Of a stretch of 25,916 nucleotides of DNA, positions 1-11,625 are shown in pieces. Numbering within the stretch: the stretch's first letter is position 1; each line of letters begins with the position of its first letter. The stretch lies in the NCBI RefSeq assembly GCF_004010195.1, contig NC_057720.1, positions 2,957,160 to 2,983,075 of the forward strand, given 5' to 3'. Under the pieces are notes generated by a model. The model ran no database searches. It was given only the letters and a program-made list of their open reading frames with translations, and had not been told where the DNA came from. Source of the stretch: Chiloscyllium plagiosum. Its lineage: Eukaryota. A program made the position numbers and the translations under genes.

Positions 1-10
1 TCCATCATAG

Positions 11-46
11 GGACCAAAGGGAGTGAAAGGTGCCAGAGGGGAAATG
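11..46 (+). CDS. col24a1: Collagen XXIV alpha-1-like, triple-helix exon (GPKGVKGARGEM), 36 bp
   Basis: catag|GGA...ATG|gtaagg; four Gly-X-Y triplets, phase 0; resembles recalled human COL24A1 GPKGEKGFRGET. Confidence 0.88.
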
Positions 47-470
47 GTAAGGCTCTATCAGAAATCACCAGTTGTGAAACCACCTTTCCACACGTTTACA
101 AGATAATTGAGATGTCACTAAGTTGCATGTTGCTAAATTTCCAGTTTGATAGATCTCAATATTTCAATAGGTCTACAGGTTTGGTATACATCAAGCAGGT
201 TGGTGTGACGGTCACCTGGAGTTTAAACAGCAGGTGGACTGAATGGCCAGTTGCAGTGCTGTACATTTGCTGTAAGTCTATGTAATAACGCAGATAAGGT
301 GAAGGGTAAGGTGGGTGGACTGACCTTTATGTAGAAGGGAACATCTCAGCAGAACGCAGTTGGGCCAAACAGCCCACCTCTGTCTTCGAGGTCTTCCCGA
401 ATCTTTGAGGTTAATAGCAGAACATATCAAATCGGGAATGTGTAGCAAACTCTCAGAACCTATTGATGAC

Positions 471-775
471 ATTAGATTACTTAGTGTGGAAACAGGCCCT
501 TCGGCCCAACAAGTCCACACCAACTCTCTGAAGAGCAACCCACCCAGACCCATTCCCCTACATTTACCCCTTCACCTAACACTACGGGCAATTTAGCATG
601 ACCAATTCACCTAACCTGCACATTTTTGGATTGTGGGAGGAAATCGGAGCACCCGGAGGAAACCCACGCAGACACGGGGAGAATGTGCAAACTCCACACA
701 GACAGTTGCCCAAGGCAGGAATTGAACCCGGCGCTGTGAGGCAGCAGTGCTAACCACTGTGCCATCATGCCACCC
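471..775 (-). mobile_element. HE1-like tRNA-derived shark SINE
   Basis: Minus strand has GGTGGCACAGTGGTTAGCACTGCTGCCTCACAGC A-box head, GGTTCAATTCC B box, GGTGCTCCG-type central domain and CR1-like tail. Confidence 0.9.
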
Positions 776-799
776 ATGAGGATGTGAATGTCATTGCTA

Positions 800-1020
800 A
801 GTGCAGTTTTTATTGCCTATCCCTAATTGCCCCAGCGAAGCTGCTGCTGAACAGCCTTGAATTCATCTATGTAGCTTGCTCGGCCATTCCAGAGGGCAGG
901 TAAGAGTCAGCCACATTGCTGTGGGTCTGGAGTCATGTGTAGGCCAGACCGGGTGGGGTTGGCAGATTCCTTCCTTAGACCACATGAGTGAACCAGATGG
1001 GTTTTTACAACAATTCAGTC
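800..1020. repeat. Unclassified interspersed repeat fragment (SINE/LINE-tail-like)
   Basis: An opposite-orientation degenerate relative at ~10715-10800 shares atctggttca and cctctgaaatggcc motifs. Confidence 0.5.
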
Positions 1021-1124
1021 ATTTCTGTATGACCCTCCTCCTTCTGATTTTTGTCTCACCCTGTCAACATGTCTGCTATTCCATCCTCATGTGCTGAAGT
1101 CTGTCCAAAACTATACAAACACGA

Positions 1125-1690
1125 GTCAGACCACAGCTGCAATACTGTAAACAGTTCTGGGCACCTTATTCAAGGAGAGATATTCTGGTGTCAAAGGCAG
1201 TTCACAGCAAGTTCGCTCGGCTGATACCAGGTACCGAGGGACTGTCTGATGAGGAGAGTTTGGTGAGATTGGAATACAGAAGAGTGAGAGATGACCTTAT
1301 TGAAGCATAAAATGTTCTTAGGGGGCTCGACAGCGTAGATGTGGAAACGAGAAGAGGTTTGTTCATGCTCCCCTTTGTAGGGGAGTGTAGGACCAGAGAG
1401 ATTAATCTCAGAATAAGGGGCCACCCATTTAAGATAGTGATGAGGAGGAATTTCTTCTCTCTAGGGGTGGAATGAATCAGTGAAGTCCTTCAACACAGAG
1501 GACTGTCGGGGCTGGGTTGTTCAATATATTCGAGGCTGAGAGAGACAGATTTTTAATTAGTAAGGGGGATTGAGGGTTGTGGGGAAAAGGCAGGTGTTGA
1601 GCTGAAGATGATTGGATCGGTCTTGAACCCATTGAATGGCAAAGCAGGCTCGATGGGCTGAGTGGCCTGCTCCTAGTCTTATGGTCTCTA
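1125..1690 (+). mobile_element. Decayed CR1 LINE 3' portion (ORF2 C-terminus and 3' UTR)
   Basis: Remnants of VRPQLEYC-QFWAP, RGDLIE-YK and RRNFFS-RV; tail gatgggctgagtggcctgctcct. Confidence 0.85.
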
Positions 1691-2006
1691 AGCATTCATT
1701 ATGAAAAGAGGAAGCCATTCAGCCCATCGAAACTACTCTGCAGAGTGTACCTATTACAGTGCACCTTACCCTCTCCCAGTGGTAGCGAGTTCTATTTTGA
1801 GACAATGCCAAGAGTATTCTGCTGCTTTCTGATGGCAGTGTTTATGCGGAGGATATTTGAGACTCGACAGGATTGATTAGAAATGGACGGGGACTTCAAA
1901 CCGTTCCAACGAAAGCCGTTGCTTACAAGATGAAAGATATTGACCTGTTTATAAAATACTAATGGCTTCTTCATGAATCACTCAGTCATGAACAGGATTC
2001 TTCTAT

Positions 2007-2325
2007 AATCATCATGGAATCCCAACAGTGTGGAAACAGGCCCTTCAGCCCAACAAGTCCACACTGACCCCTCCGCAGAGTAACCCACCCAGACCCATTC
2101 CCCTCCCCTATATTTACCCCTCACTAATGTACCCAACCTACACTATGGGCAATTTAGCATGGCCAATTCACCCAACCTGCACATCTTTGGACTGTGGGAG
2201 GAAACCCACGCAGACACAGGGAGAATGTGCAAACTCCACACAGACAGTCGCTTGAGAGTGGAATTGAACCCGGGTCCCTGGCGCTGTGAGATAGCAGTGC
2301 TAACCACTGAGCTACCATGCCGTCC
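2007..2325 (-). mobile_element. HE1-like SINE
   Basis: Highly similar to the 471-775 copy; A and B boxes on minus strand. Confidence 0.9.
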
Positions 2326-2547
2326 ACCATAAACAAATAAAATGTTATGCCAATCGTTTTAGTTTGTATATTTTTGATCTAGCAGGAGTAGATCTTAGTT
2401 AGTGTTTCAGGGAGAATGACCATTGAAGAGCTTAGGCAGATCAAGGAAGGGACAGATTCCATTACACCCTGTGGGCAGTTCATTATCAAACTGTTCTGAA
2501 CGTGGAATGAAATGAGGAAGAATAAAGAGATTGTTGTCTCTTGCAGG

Positions 2548-2673
2548 TTCTGAAGTGGAGTCATATTGGACTGGAGACATGGACTCTGTGTCTCTCTCAC
2601 AGACCCTGCTGAGTTTCTCCTGCAGTTATGTTTTCATTTCAGATTTCCAGCATCTGCAGTAGTTTGTTTTTGT
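2548..2673 (+). mobile_element. Degenerate short PLE-derived element
   Basis: ctgaagtggagtc...gactggagac decayed hammerhead region; ctgctgagtttctcc and atttccagcatctgcagt family motifs. Confidence 0.65.
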
Positions 2674-2794
2674 GCTAATTGCCAAAAAAGGTGATTTTAA
2701 ATCAGACATACCTCCAGAAGGGGATGGAACCTGAACTGTGGTCCAAGGGGGAGATGTTTTCTAAGCACACTGCTCCAAGATGTTGTTACATACC

Positions 2795-2860
2795 TCTGAA
2801 ACCAGTGGGACTTGAATCTGAGTCTCCTGGCTCAGAGATAGGGACAATACCACTGCACCA
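2795..2860 (-). mobile_element. tRNA-like SINE head fragment
   Basis: Minus strand TGGTGCAGTGGTATTGTCCC...GATTCAAGTCCC (A/B-box like); related fragment at ~6150-6175 on +. Confidence 0.55.
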
Positions 2861-2945
2861 GAAGATTATCTCGTGTTAATTGTCTATTGGTTAAGTGTTT
2901 AATTGTATTCAGGTGACTGGGGAGTCACTGGCACCCTGAAACAAA

Positions 2946-3150
2946 GGGACCAGTTAGCTCAGTTGGTTGGATGGCTGGTTTGTAATGTTAAGTGACCCAA
3001 CAGCGTGGGTTCAATTTCTGCACCAGCTGAGGTTCCAGTGAAGGTCCCACCTTCTCAACCTCTTCCCCCCACCTGAGGTACAATGACGGTCAGGTTAAAC
3101 CCCCAGCAGTCATCATTCTCTCCTTCCCTAATCAGAGAGTGGGGCAATGG
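2946..3150 (+). mobile_element. Second-family tRNA-derived SINE, degenerate
   Basis: TAGCTCAGTTGG A box and GGTTCAATTTC B box, followed by a non-tRNA body. Confidence 0.65.
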
Positions 3151-3217
3151 CAATGTTCCTTGCAACAGACGACACTAAACTAGGGAGGATAGCCAATCAT
3201 AAGGATGACGCTGAGAG

Positions 3218-3370
3218 TCTGTGAAAATTTTAAAGATTGAGGTGAATAGATTCTTGGGGATAAGGTGATGGTGGGGGGTAGGTGGGACATGGAGTAATCA
3301 GATCAGCTATAAGCTTACTGAATCGGGGAAGAGGATTGATGGGCTGAGTGGCTTGTTCTTACTGCTGGCT
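3218..3370 (+). mobile_element. CR1 3' end fragment
   Basis: FKIEVNRFL-like remnant; gatgggctgagtggc tail as at ~1652. Confidence 0.65.
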
Positions 3371-3594
3371 CATATTTCAGAAGAAGAATCAGACGACTCA
3401 AAATGATCACTCTGTTTCTCCAGCAGTTAATGTTTTTATTTCTGGGTCCTCATGTTCCTGTCTGGAGAGTTCTGAGCTCCTAGGCTCGGTGAGGAAGATC
3501 TGCAGTCGGACTGACTCCACCGACAAATCTTAGCCAAACCTTCCAGGCCTTGCCAAGACAATCAGAAGCTGTACCTGAAGAGAAAGGGTTCATT

Positions 3595-3735
3595 CCATGA
3601 GACATAGGACCAGAAAGTTAGGCCATTCAGCCCATCAAGTCTGCTCTGCCATTCAATCATAGCTGATAGGTTTCTCAACCCCGTTCTCCACTTGATACTC
3701 AAGATCCTACCTATCTCAGTCTTAAATATACTCAA
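3595..3735 (-). mobile_element. CR1 3' end fragment
   Basis: Minus ORF remnant LSIFKTEIGRIL; aggccattcagcccatc tail motif. Confidence 0.75.
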
Positions 3736-4474
3736 AATATCCACTCCCACCAAAATGATTTTTGAAACATTCCTACTGTCCTTACGGTCACATTCCAGCT
3801 TAAATTCCTCGCCCTTGTTTTCTAATCCGTCCATGCCTGGAGCCCTCCAGGTTTTTGGCATCTCTTCCAACCATACAGCCCCTTGCAATCTCAGCGAACG
3901 TTAGATTCTTACACGTCTCCAATTGTCATTGCTCCTTGACTGAGGAGACCCGAAGCTTCGGAAATCCCCCCATAAACTTCGCTGCCTCTCTTTATTTAAA
4001 AAATCTCTTTTGCCAAGGTTTTGCTTTGATCTAATGTCTTAGTAAAAGGTTAGAGTACAAAGTAGAATCATACAGTGACAGACGGGACAGAAGACTGGCT
4101 GGTTGGCAGATAACCGGTAATATCTATAAATGGGTCTTTTTCTGATTGCTCCAGGCATTGAGTGAGATTTCTCAGGGGATTGTGCTAACCCCTTGACTTT
4201 TACAATTTAGAACGATGACTTACATGAGGGGAGCAAGGTTTAATACTGTCCAACACTTTTCACTGTATTTTGTAACAAGCTACAAGTGACAATAAATAAA
4301 TCAATATCACAATCCAGGGCATGGCAGCTAGATTTGCAAACATTGAAAATACAGATATGTTGTGAAGAGGATGAAATTAGATCACAGAATGGTATTTACT
4401 GGGCAAACATCTTGCAGACGGAGTATTATGTAAGAAAATGTGAAGTTGTTTCATTTTGATAGGAATAATAAAAA

Positions 4475-4617
4475 GGTAGGTAAGCAGGAGGCTGAGAGAA
4501 CACAGCAAGGCAGGCAGCATCAGGAGGGACAGGCAGGAGGCTGGGGGAACACAGCAAGGCAGGCAGCATCAGGAGGTGGAGAAGTCGACGTTTCAGGTGT
4601 AACCCTTTTTCAGGAAT
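4475..4617 (-). mobile_element. Short PLE-derived element with hammerhead-like motif and internal ~49-bp tandem duplication
   Basis: Minus strand CTGAAAA-A-GGGT-TAC-ACCT-GAAAC-GTC (4587-4613); flanking direct repeat aggaataataaaaa at 4461-4474 and 4612-4625. Confidence 0.75.
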
Positions 4618-4905
4618 AATAAAAAAGCAGAGTATTACTGAAATGAAGAATGACTACGGAATTCCCTGCTGCGGAAGATTCTCGGTGCGTGAGTCATGGT
4701 GTGTTAAGAGTGCAACTGCTGCATGTAATTAAGGAGACGAATGGAAAGGTATCTTTGAATGTGACAGTAAGCTGATAGGGAACTTGAGTACAGATGAAAA
4801 GTGATACATTTTATCCATGTTTTTTCCATCTGATACTCATCAGGACCATTCACAAGAATACCAATTCAAGGGAGCATCCAACAGCCTCCTTGGGTCACAA
4901 ACCTC

Positions 4906-5029
4906 ATTCCTGATGAACGTATGCTCAAAACATCGAGAATCTACCGCTCCACAGATGCTGTCTGACCGGCTGTGCTTTTCCAGCACCACACTCTTTGATC
5001 TCCAGCATCTGCAGTCCTCACTTTCTCCT
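4906..5029 (+). mobile_element. Short PLE-derived element, decayed hammerhead
   Basis: attcCTGATGA...aaacatcga; ctgtgcttttccagcaccacac and tctccagcatctgcagtcctcactttctcc shared with the 23104 copy. Confidence 0.75.
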
Positions 5030-5495
5030 AGAATCCAACATCTATACTGTCTCCATAGAAGTAACAATGGTACACATCAGTTGGCAGGTCATTAGTGAGA
5101 TCACATCACAGACACTCTGCACAGTATTTACCTTCTTACTGAAGAAAGAAATGTGTTGAAGGTGATTGAGAGGATATTTACCTCGAATGAGTAGGTTGTC
5201 TTATGAAGAGAGGTTGGCTAGACTGGGCTTGTTCCTACTGGAGTTTGGAAGCAGAGCAGAGTGGTTTGAAGTGTCTAAGATTCTGAATGGTCATGACAAG
5301 ATGGATGTGGAAAGGATGTTTCCTTGTGTAGGTCAGTCCAGAACTAGAGGCCATTCAAGATTACCCTTTTGGGTCAGAGACAAGGAGAAGCTGTTTATCA
5401 GAGGGTTGTGTGACTTTGGAATTCTGCTTCAGAAAGCAGCAGCAGGGGTTTGGGCGGTGGGGTCAAGTATTATTGGGGGTGGATATGTAACTGGA

Positions 5496-5591
5496 TTAGA
5501 GGTGCTGGAAAAGCACATCAGTTCAGGCAGCATCCGAAGAGCAGTAAAATAGACGTTTTGGGCAAAAGCCCTTCATCAAGAACACCTAGTA
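5496..5591 (-). mobile_element. Short PLE-derived element, hammerhead with two core mutations
   Basis: Minus strand TTGATGA-A-GGGC-TTTT-GCCC-AAAAC-GTC; 14-bp TSD gat(a/g)tgtaactgga at 5482-5495 and 5592-5605. Confidence 0.78.
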
Positions 5592-5833
5592 GATGTGTAA
5601 CTGGAAACACAAACAGAGCAGCAATCATCTTATTAAATGGAGGGACAGGTTTGATGAGTTGGATGGCCTATCCTCGTTCCGGTTTATATGTTTATTTCTC
5701 TTTACATGGCTCAGTGCTGAAGTCTGATTAATAACCAAGGTGCTACGAAACACATTTCGTTTTAGACCCTGGAGATTCTGTGCCAGAATCAACAAATCTC
5801 ACATGTCGAGTTATGTGTTTTCTTAGACTTCTA

Positions 5834-6095
5834 TATGCAAATAACTCAATGCCCTTTTCAAAAGTTCCTGTCGGGGCAAGATTTCAGCAAGTGTCGTTGT
5901 TGAGAGGATTGATTTACAATTTCAACATCGTTGGTCAATGGAAACAGCTAAATGCAAAGTTCTTTATGCAAATAACTCACTGCCCTTTTCAAAAGTTCCT
6001 GTCGGGGCAAGATTTCAGCAAGTGTCGTTGTTGAGAGGATTGATTTACAATTTCAACATCGTTGGTCAATGAAAACAGCTAAATGCAAAGTCCTT
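5834..6095. repeat. 131-bp direct tandem duplication, 2 copies
   Basis: 5834-5964 versus 5965-6095, three mismatches by eye. Confidence 0.92.
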
Positions 6096-6175
6096 AATGT
6101 ACAGCAGAATAAAATATTTATTCATTACAGAGAGATCATTATCAGGCCACTTGTGGTACAATGGTATTGTCCCCA

Positions 6176-6270
6176 CTTCTTCAGGAAGGGCTTATGCCCG
6201 AAACGTCGATTCTCCTTCTCCTTTGATGCTGCCTGACCTGCTGCGCTTTTCCAGCAACACATTTTTAAGC
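6176..6270 (+). mobile_element. Short PLE-derived element with an inverted 5' tip
   Basis: cttcttcagg (reverse complement of CCTGAAGAAG) joined to aagggcttatgcccgaaacgtcgattctcc...ccagcaacacattt. Confidence 0.8.
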
Positions 6271-6381
6271 AGTGATACATCCAGACAGAATGCTCTTGAT
6301 GGCACACCTATAAAAGTTGGCAAGGGGATTTGCCGTCATGCCAAATTTCGGATTGACTTCCTCGGTATGCAGTCCTGAATG

Positions 6382-6732
6382 AGATTAGAATATAATCCCT
6401 ATAGTATTGGAAAAGGCTATTCAGCCCAACAAGTCCACACCAACCCTCTGAAGAGCATCCCATCCCGACCCAACACCCTATCCCCATAATCCTGCATCTC
6501 CCAGGGCTAACACACCTAACCTACACATTCTTAGACACTACGGGCAATTTAGCATGACCAAACTACCTAACCTGCACATCTTTGGACTGTGGGAGGAAAC
6601 CGGAGCACTGGGAGGAAACCCACACAGACACGGGGATAATGTGTAAAATCCACACAGACAGTCGCCTGAGGCTGGAATCGAACCTGGGTCCCTGGCGCTG
6701 TGAGGCAGCAGTGCTAACCACTGAGCCACTGT
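6382..6732 (-). mobile_element. HE1-like SINE
   Basis: Full-length similarity to the other copies; GGTTCGATTCC B box on minus strand. Confidence 0.9.
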
Positions 6733-6793
6733 ATCGAGAAAGGAAGTTTGGTTTCATTATGCAGTGATTATTAATGCCTTTGTTCTTTGTCAG

Positions 6794-6829
6794 GGACCTG
6801 AAGGACCACGTGGGCAGCCTGGACCACCT
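6794..6829 (+). CDS. col24a1: Collagen triple-helix exon (GPEGPRGQPGPP), 36 bp
   Basis: ttctttgtcag|GGA...CCT|gtgagt; resembles recalled COL24A1 GPQGPRGQPGPP. Confidence 0.92.
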
Positions 6830-6908
6830 GTGAGTAGATCTTTTCATCATGTTTTTTGCTTCAGTATTTTTACCCGTTTGGCTACAATAAAGTGAACTCT
6901 CATTGCAG

Positions 6909-6935
6909 GGTCCTCCTGGATCACCTGGTCCATTG
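6909..6935 (+). CDS. col24a1: Last helical exon (GPPGSPGPL), 27 bp
   Basis: cattgcag|GGT...TTG|gtaagt; follows a 79-bp intron; resembles recalled COL24A1 GPPGAPGPR. Confidence 0.92.
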
Positions 6936-7469
6936 GTAAGTAATATCTAACGAACACTTACTCCCCCTCTTTAGGTCAAAATCTTCATGTTCTCTCTTTT
7001 CATACCTGCATCTTGGAAATCTCTGTATACTCTTTGAGGGGAAAAAAGAGCAACAATTTTCCTGAATTTGAAGACTGTACCAAACATCATTTTACACACA
7101 ATTGCAGACTGGAATCATGACCAACTATAGACCATTAGGAAAATGCCCAATAGATTTCCCAGGCCCCTTTCCACCCACATTCCTGGATTGTTTACTAGAG
7201 TCTGATGGAAAGACAGACTTAGAAGAGTCATATGTGAAGTTTTCAACATGAGTTAACCTGTCGACTCTTAGTGTTTTCAAGGGTGTTGTATACATCCACA
7301 TTTCTCACGGTTTTGAATAAAATCCCGGTGTTTTAAACGCTGTGAGAATGTTTCCCTCTGGCCAGCGAGTCTAGAATGTCGGGTCACAGCCCCTGGCTTT
7401 TGACCCGGGGTTGGGTACCCAGGAGAAGGGGGTATCACTGCTCCACAAACCAAACCTTTAAAATTGTCC

Positions 7470-7685
7470 CCGAAACAAAAACAAAGAACTGCAGATGCTG
7501 GAAATCAGAAACAAAACCAGAAATTGCTGGAGAAACTCTGCAGGTCTGGCAGCATCTGTGGAGAGAAAAACAGAGTTAATGTTTCAGGTCCAGTGACTCA
7601 AGAGGGACCTGAAACACTAACTCTGTTTCTCTCTCTATAGATGCTGCCAGACCTGCTGAGCTTCTCCAGCAATTTCTGGTTTTGT
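7470..7685. mobile_element. Fold-back PLE-derived element with ~81-bp inverted arms
   Basis: Arms 7511-7591 and 7605-7685; flanked by ctttaaaa(a)ttgtcc at 7456-7469 and 7686-7700; arms match the terminus of the PLE at 12091-12190. Confidence 0.8.
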
Positions 7686-7719
7686 CTTTAAAAATTGTCC
7701 ACCTGCATTTCTGATTTTC

Positions 7720-7945
7720 AGTCTGGTGGTGATGGGTGAATCTGCAGAACTCATGGCTGCAGAGGGCTGTGGAAGCTAAGTCATTGAATGTATTTACGGC
7801 AGAGATCGACAGGTTCTTGATTGGTAAGGGAATAAAGGGTTACAGGGAGAAAGCAGGAGAATGAGATTGAGAAAGATATCAGCCATCATCGAATGGCAGA
7901 GCAGACTTGAGGGGCTGAATGGCCTCATTCTGCTTCTATACCTAA
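7720..7945 (+). mobile_element. CR1 3' end fragment
   Basis: VVMGE/AVEAKSLNVFTAEIDRFL remnants; gggctgaatggcct tail. Confidence 0.8.
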
Positions 7946-8580
7946 TGGGGCTGGATTGGGAGTTGTCCCAGGTGACTGGAGAAAGCAGCTGCGATTTACT
8001 GAAGAGAGCTGAGTGGAACTTCTGTCTCCAGCACAGTAAAACAGTCAAGATTAAAACATAAAATATTGACCTTGCTCCCATAATTTCACTTTCACACACT
8101 CCTGAGCCAAAACTATAGCATCCCTCTACCATCCCCACAGCCACTCACACCTCTATGCCAACCTGTATCCATTTATCCACCCTCATGGCCCACCCTGTGC
8201 CACTCTATACCAATCTACACATCCCCCTTGGCCTGTCACTCCTCCTTGAGCCACCCTATCCTCCAAATCATCCCAATGATCCAATGTAACCCCATTCCAA
8301 ATTATGCCCCCCACTCACAACCCTTCATCCTTCCCTCTCCAACTTATCCGATATCCACCATAGACAAGCTTCCCATGCCCTGTGGACAATGTCTGTTGTT
8401 GATGTCACCATTGGAATAAAATCTCTCACCTCGAGCCTAATCCCTTAAGTGAACAAATATTAAGAAGCAGCTGGAGCTGACCACCAAAATGCCCATTTGA
8501 CAGACCACCCCCACCCCGTTGTGACAATGTTAGATTGAGAAATCTGTCATGCAGCACGCTGAAATTCTTAACCACTTTGG

Positions 8581-9140
8581 ATTAGAACATAGAACAATAC
8601 AGCACAGAATAGGCCCTTCAGCCCACGATGTTGTGCCGAACATTTGTCCTACCTTAAGCATCCATCCATGTACCTATCCAATTGCCGCTTAAAGGTCACC
8701 AATGATTATGACTCTGCCACTCCCACAGGCAGCGCATTCTAGCACTCTCAACCTATCTTCGTATGACCTATTCTCCATTCCAGGCAACATCCTGGTAAAT
8801 CTTCTCTGCACCCTCTCCAAAGCTTCCACATCTTTCCTAAAGTGAGGCGACCAGAACTGCACACAGTACTCCAAATGTGGCCTTACCAAGGTCCTATACA
8901 GCTGCAACATCACTTCACGACTCTTGAATTCAATGCCTCTGCTAAAGAACGCTAATATACCATAGGCCGCCTTACAAGCTCTATCCACCTGAGTGGCAAC
9001 TTTCAAAGAGCTATGAACATAGACCCCAAGATCCCTCTGCTTCTCCACCTTACTAAGAACCCTACCATTAACCCTGTATTCCGCATTCTTATTTGTCCTT
9101 CCAAAATGGACAACCTCACACTTGAGAGGGTTGAACTCCC
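8581..9140 (-). mobile_element. 5'-truncated CR1 LINE with an internal deletion near 8740
   Basis: ORF RDLGVYVHSSLKVATQVD...LYRTLVRPHLEYCVQFWSPH; (TTCTATG)n-type tail. Confidence 0.93.
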
Positions 9141-9145
9141 TACAG

Positions 9146-9428
9146 AGATTAGATTCTCTACAGTGTGGAAACAGGCCATTTGGCCCAACAAGTCCACGCC
9201 AAAGAGCGACCCTTCCAGACTAATTTCCCTCTGACTAATGCACCTAACACTATGGGCAATTTAGCATGGTCAATTTACATGACTTGCACATCTTTGGACT
9301 CTGGGAGGAAACCCACGCAGACACAGGGAGAATATGCAAACTCCACACAGTCGCCCGAGCCTGGAATTGAACCTGGGTCCCTGGTGCTGTGAGGCAGCAG
9401 TGCTGACCACTGAGCCACTGTGCCACCC
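9146..9428 (-). mobile_element. HE1-like SINE
   Basis: Similar to the other copies; (TCTAA)n tail on minus strand. Confidence 0.9.
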
Positions 9429-10441
9429 CAGACATTGTTATTCGGACAATTCCTTGACACCTTTGCTAATTCCAATGGGTTTTTGCACTTTCTATGTTCA
9501 ACCACTTTCTATGTTCAACCCTCCACAGTTCGTAACCTTTAAGGCACCTCCTCCCCCCAAGGATACCTCATGTTCCCTGCCCCCAACATAAGGAGCCCTG
9601 ACCCCCCCACCCCTGCAGTGTGCTGGGGTAATACCTCAGCTTTCCAAAGGGATACTCTGACTGTCCAATGGAAACGCGTTGAGAAAGGATTGGCTCTTAC
9701 TTGGTCTATGACTGAAATATCCAGTAGTGCCCAGCTAGTGCACACGTAATTCTTCTCCAAGTGAAGGTGCAAAGATTCTGGGTGAAGACTTTAGGAGGAC
9801 GTACTGGGTCAGCAATGTCAGAAACTTGAAGCTATGGGAATGGACAGTAAGCAATGGATTCACTCTGGTTGAAGTATTTGGTTTCGTGTCAGTGAAGTGC
9901 CAATGAAACTGAAAGGAAGCATTGACAGAACAGGTATGAGGTTGGCCTGGTTACACGGAAACTGACAGGTTTTTATGTTCATTGTTTTGTGTTTTTACTT
10001 GGAATTGCACAGAACATATACTGTGACCAGTCTGTGTCAGTGTTCCTCCTCACCCATGCCTCCTCCCACATATCCGTCATCTCACCCTAACAGGCGTTCT
10101 GCACCAATCTCTCTCATGTGTTCATTCAGCTGAAACATATCAATGACGTTCACCTCAAGCACTACCTGTGATAGTGGGTCCCACATTCTTCCCACTCCCT
10201 GGGTAATGGGGATGTTTGTATTCGTGACTATCTTACACTGAGCCTAAGTCCTCTTGTGGAGTTGATGGGACTTGGTGTCTAACCTGCACTGAAGTGTTTT
10301 GATGTTGATTCTGAATGTTTGAGGTGTTCCATTTCACAACACTAACATCCATGAATCTTGCTGAGCAGAAAGTGCAGCAACAGGGCAGTTCTGACTGATG
10401 GTTTCTGTTTCTCTCTTTGTCCTTCATGGTTTGTAATGTAG

Positions 10442-10507
10442 AGACATTCGGATATTAATACCGCGATCCGAGCCTTGATTGCATCCAGTGAAGCCCTGCA
10501 GTTTGAG
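10442..10507 (+). CDS. col24a1: C-telopeptide/linker exon (RHSDINTAIRALIASSEALQFE), 66 bp
   Basis: taatgtag|AGA...GAG|gtgagt; 22 codons colinear with recalled COL24A1 KQMDINAAIQALIESNTALQME; not present in the ORF track. Confidence 0.88.
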
Positions 10508-10840
10508 GTGAGTATCCAATCCCATCCTTGACTCAACTGTTTCCTTCGGCATCATCATAACAGTGGCCTGCAGGGGGCGATGGTGCCATGGTGGTGATAC
10601 CTGTGCCCTCCTCATCCAGCAGTAATTGTGGATTCGCATCACATAGGGACAGTTGAGGCGATTTAACCGTGGATAACCAGCTCTGAATGTTTGCTGTCTG
10701 TAACATTTGAAGCTAATCTGGTTCATGTGGGAAAGAAATAAGCTATTGCCTCTGAAATGGCCAAGTGAGTCACTCTGTTCCACGGCAGTTAGGGACAGTA
10801 AGAACTGCCAGAGATATCCCATAAAGAAAAATACATTGTT

Positions 10841-11547
10841 AATCATAGAATCTCCACAGTGTGGGAACAGGCTCTTCGTCCCAATAAGTCCAAATAGATA
10901 GGGTAGTGAAGAAGGTGTTTGGTATGCTTTCCTTTATTGGTCAGATATTGAGTACAGGAGTTGGGAGGTCATGTTGCGGCTGTACAGGACATTGGTTAGG
11001 CCACTGTTGGAATATTGCGTGCAATTCTGGTCTCCTTCCTATTGGAAAGATGTTGTGAAACTTGAAAGGGTTCAGAAAAGATTTGCAGAGTGTGTTATGT
11101 GTATGGAATGAGCTGCCAGAGGAAGTGGTGGAGGCTGGTAGAATTGCAACATTTAAGAGGCATTTGGATGGGTATATGAATAGGAAGGGTTTGGAGGGAT
11201 ATGGGCCGGGTGCTGGCAGGTGGGACTAGATTGGGTTGGGATATCTGGTCAGCATGGAAGGGTTGGACCGAAGGAACTGTTACCAAGCTGTAGATCTCTA
11301 TGACTCTAAGTCCACACTAACCCAACAAAGAGTAACCCACGCAGACCCATTCCCCGACATTTACCCCTGATAAATGTACCTAACCCACACATCCCTGAAC
11401 ACTGACGGCAATTTCACATGGCCAATTCACCCCAACCGGCACATCTTTGGATTGTGGGAAGAAACCAGAGCACTCAAGGATGGAATCAAGCCCAGGTCCC
11501 TGGTGTTCTGAGGTAGCAGTGCTAACCACTGAGCCACCATGCCACCC
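10841..11547 (-). mobile_element. HE1-like SINE split by a CR1 insertion
   Basis: Tail at 10841-10892 resumes at 11307; head at ~11480-11547. Confidence 0.85.
10893..11306 (+). mobile_element. CR1 3' fragment nested in a SINE, 8-bp TSD, internal deletion near 11087
   Basis: LYRTLVRPLLEYCVQFWSP; tctatgactc tail; taagtcca at 10885-10892 and 11307-11314. Confidence 0.9.
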
Positions 11548-11625
11548 ACTATTAATTGTTTCCTGTTTTAACATTTCATTGCTTGCATCCACAATGCCTG
11601 GAAATGCATCTTTAAAAGGTATGTC

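Larger units (their letters stand above)
4045..5700 (+). mobile_element. Old decayed CR1 RT region interrupted by younger insertions
   Basis: Remnants of QGSVL-P--FTI-INDL-EG, KCEVVHF and LSYEERLARLGLF; contains PLE-derived inserts at 4475, 4906 and 5496. Confidence 0.75.

Noticed and set aside
2912..2941. Possible extra collagen exon (GDWGVTGTL)
   Set aside because: The AG overlaps the Gly codon, the Gly-X-Y pattern stops after three triplets, no fitting donor follows, and the flanking exons already join colinearly with recalled COL24A1
2946..3030. Bona fide tRNA gene (also the HE1 heads)
   Set aside because: A/B boxes are present but I see no convincing cloverleaf or terminator; sequence continues into SINE bodies
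8080..8400. C-rich, G-poor tract
   Set aside because: No periodicity or recognisable family; cannot be assigned from sequence alone
9486..9519. 17-bp direct duplication cactttctatgttcaac
   Set aside because: Ordinary slippage-size duplication with no further structure
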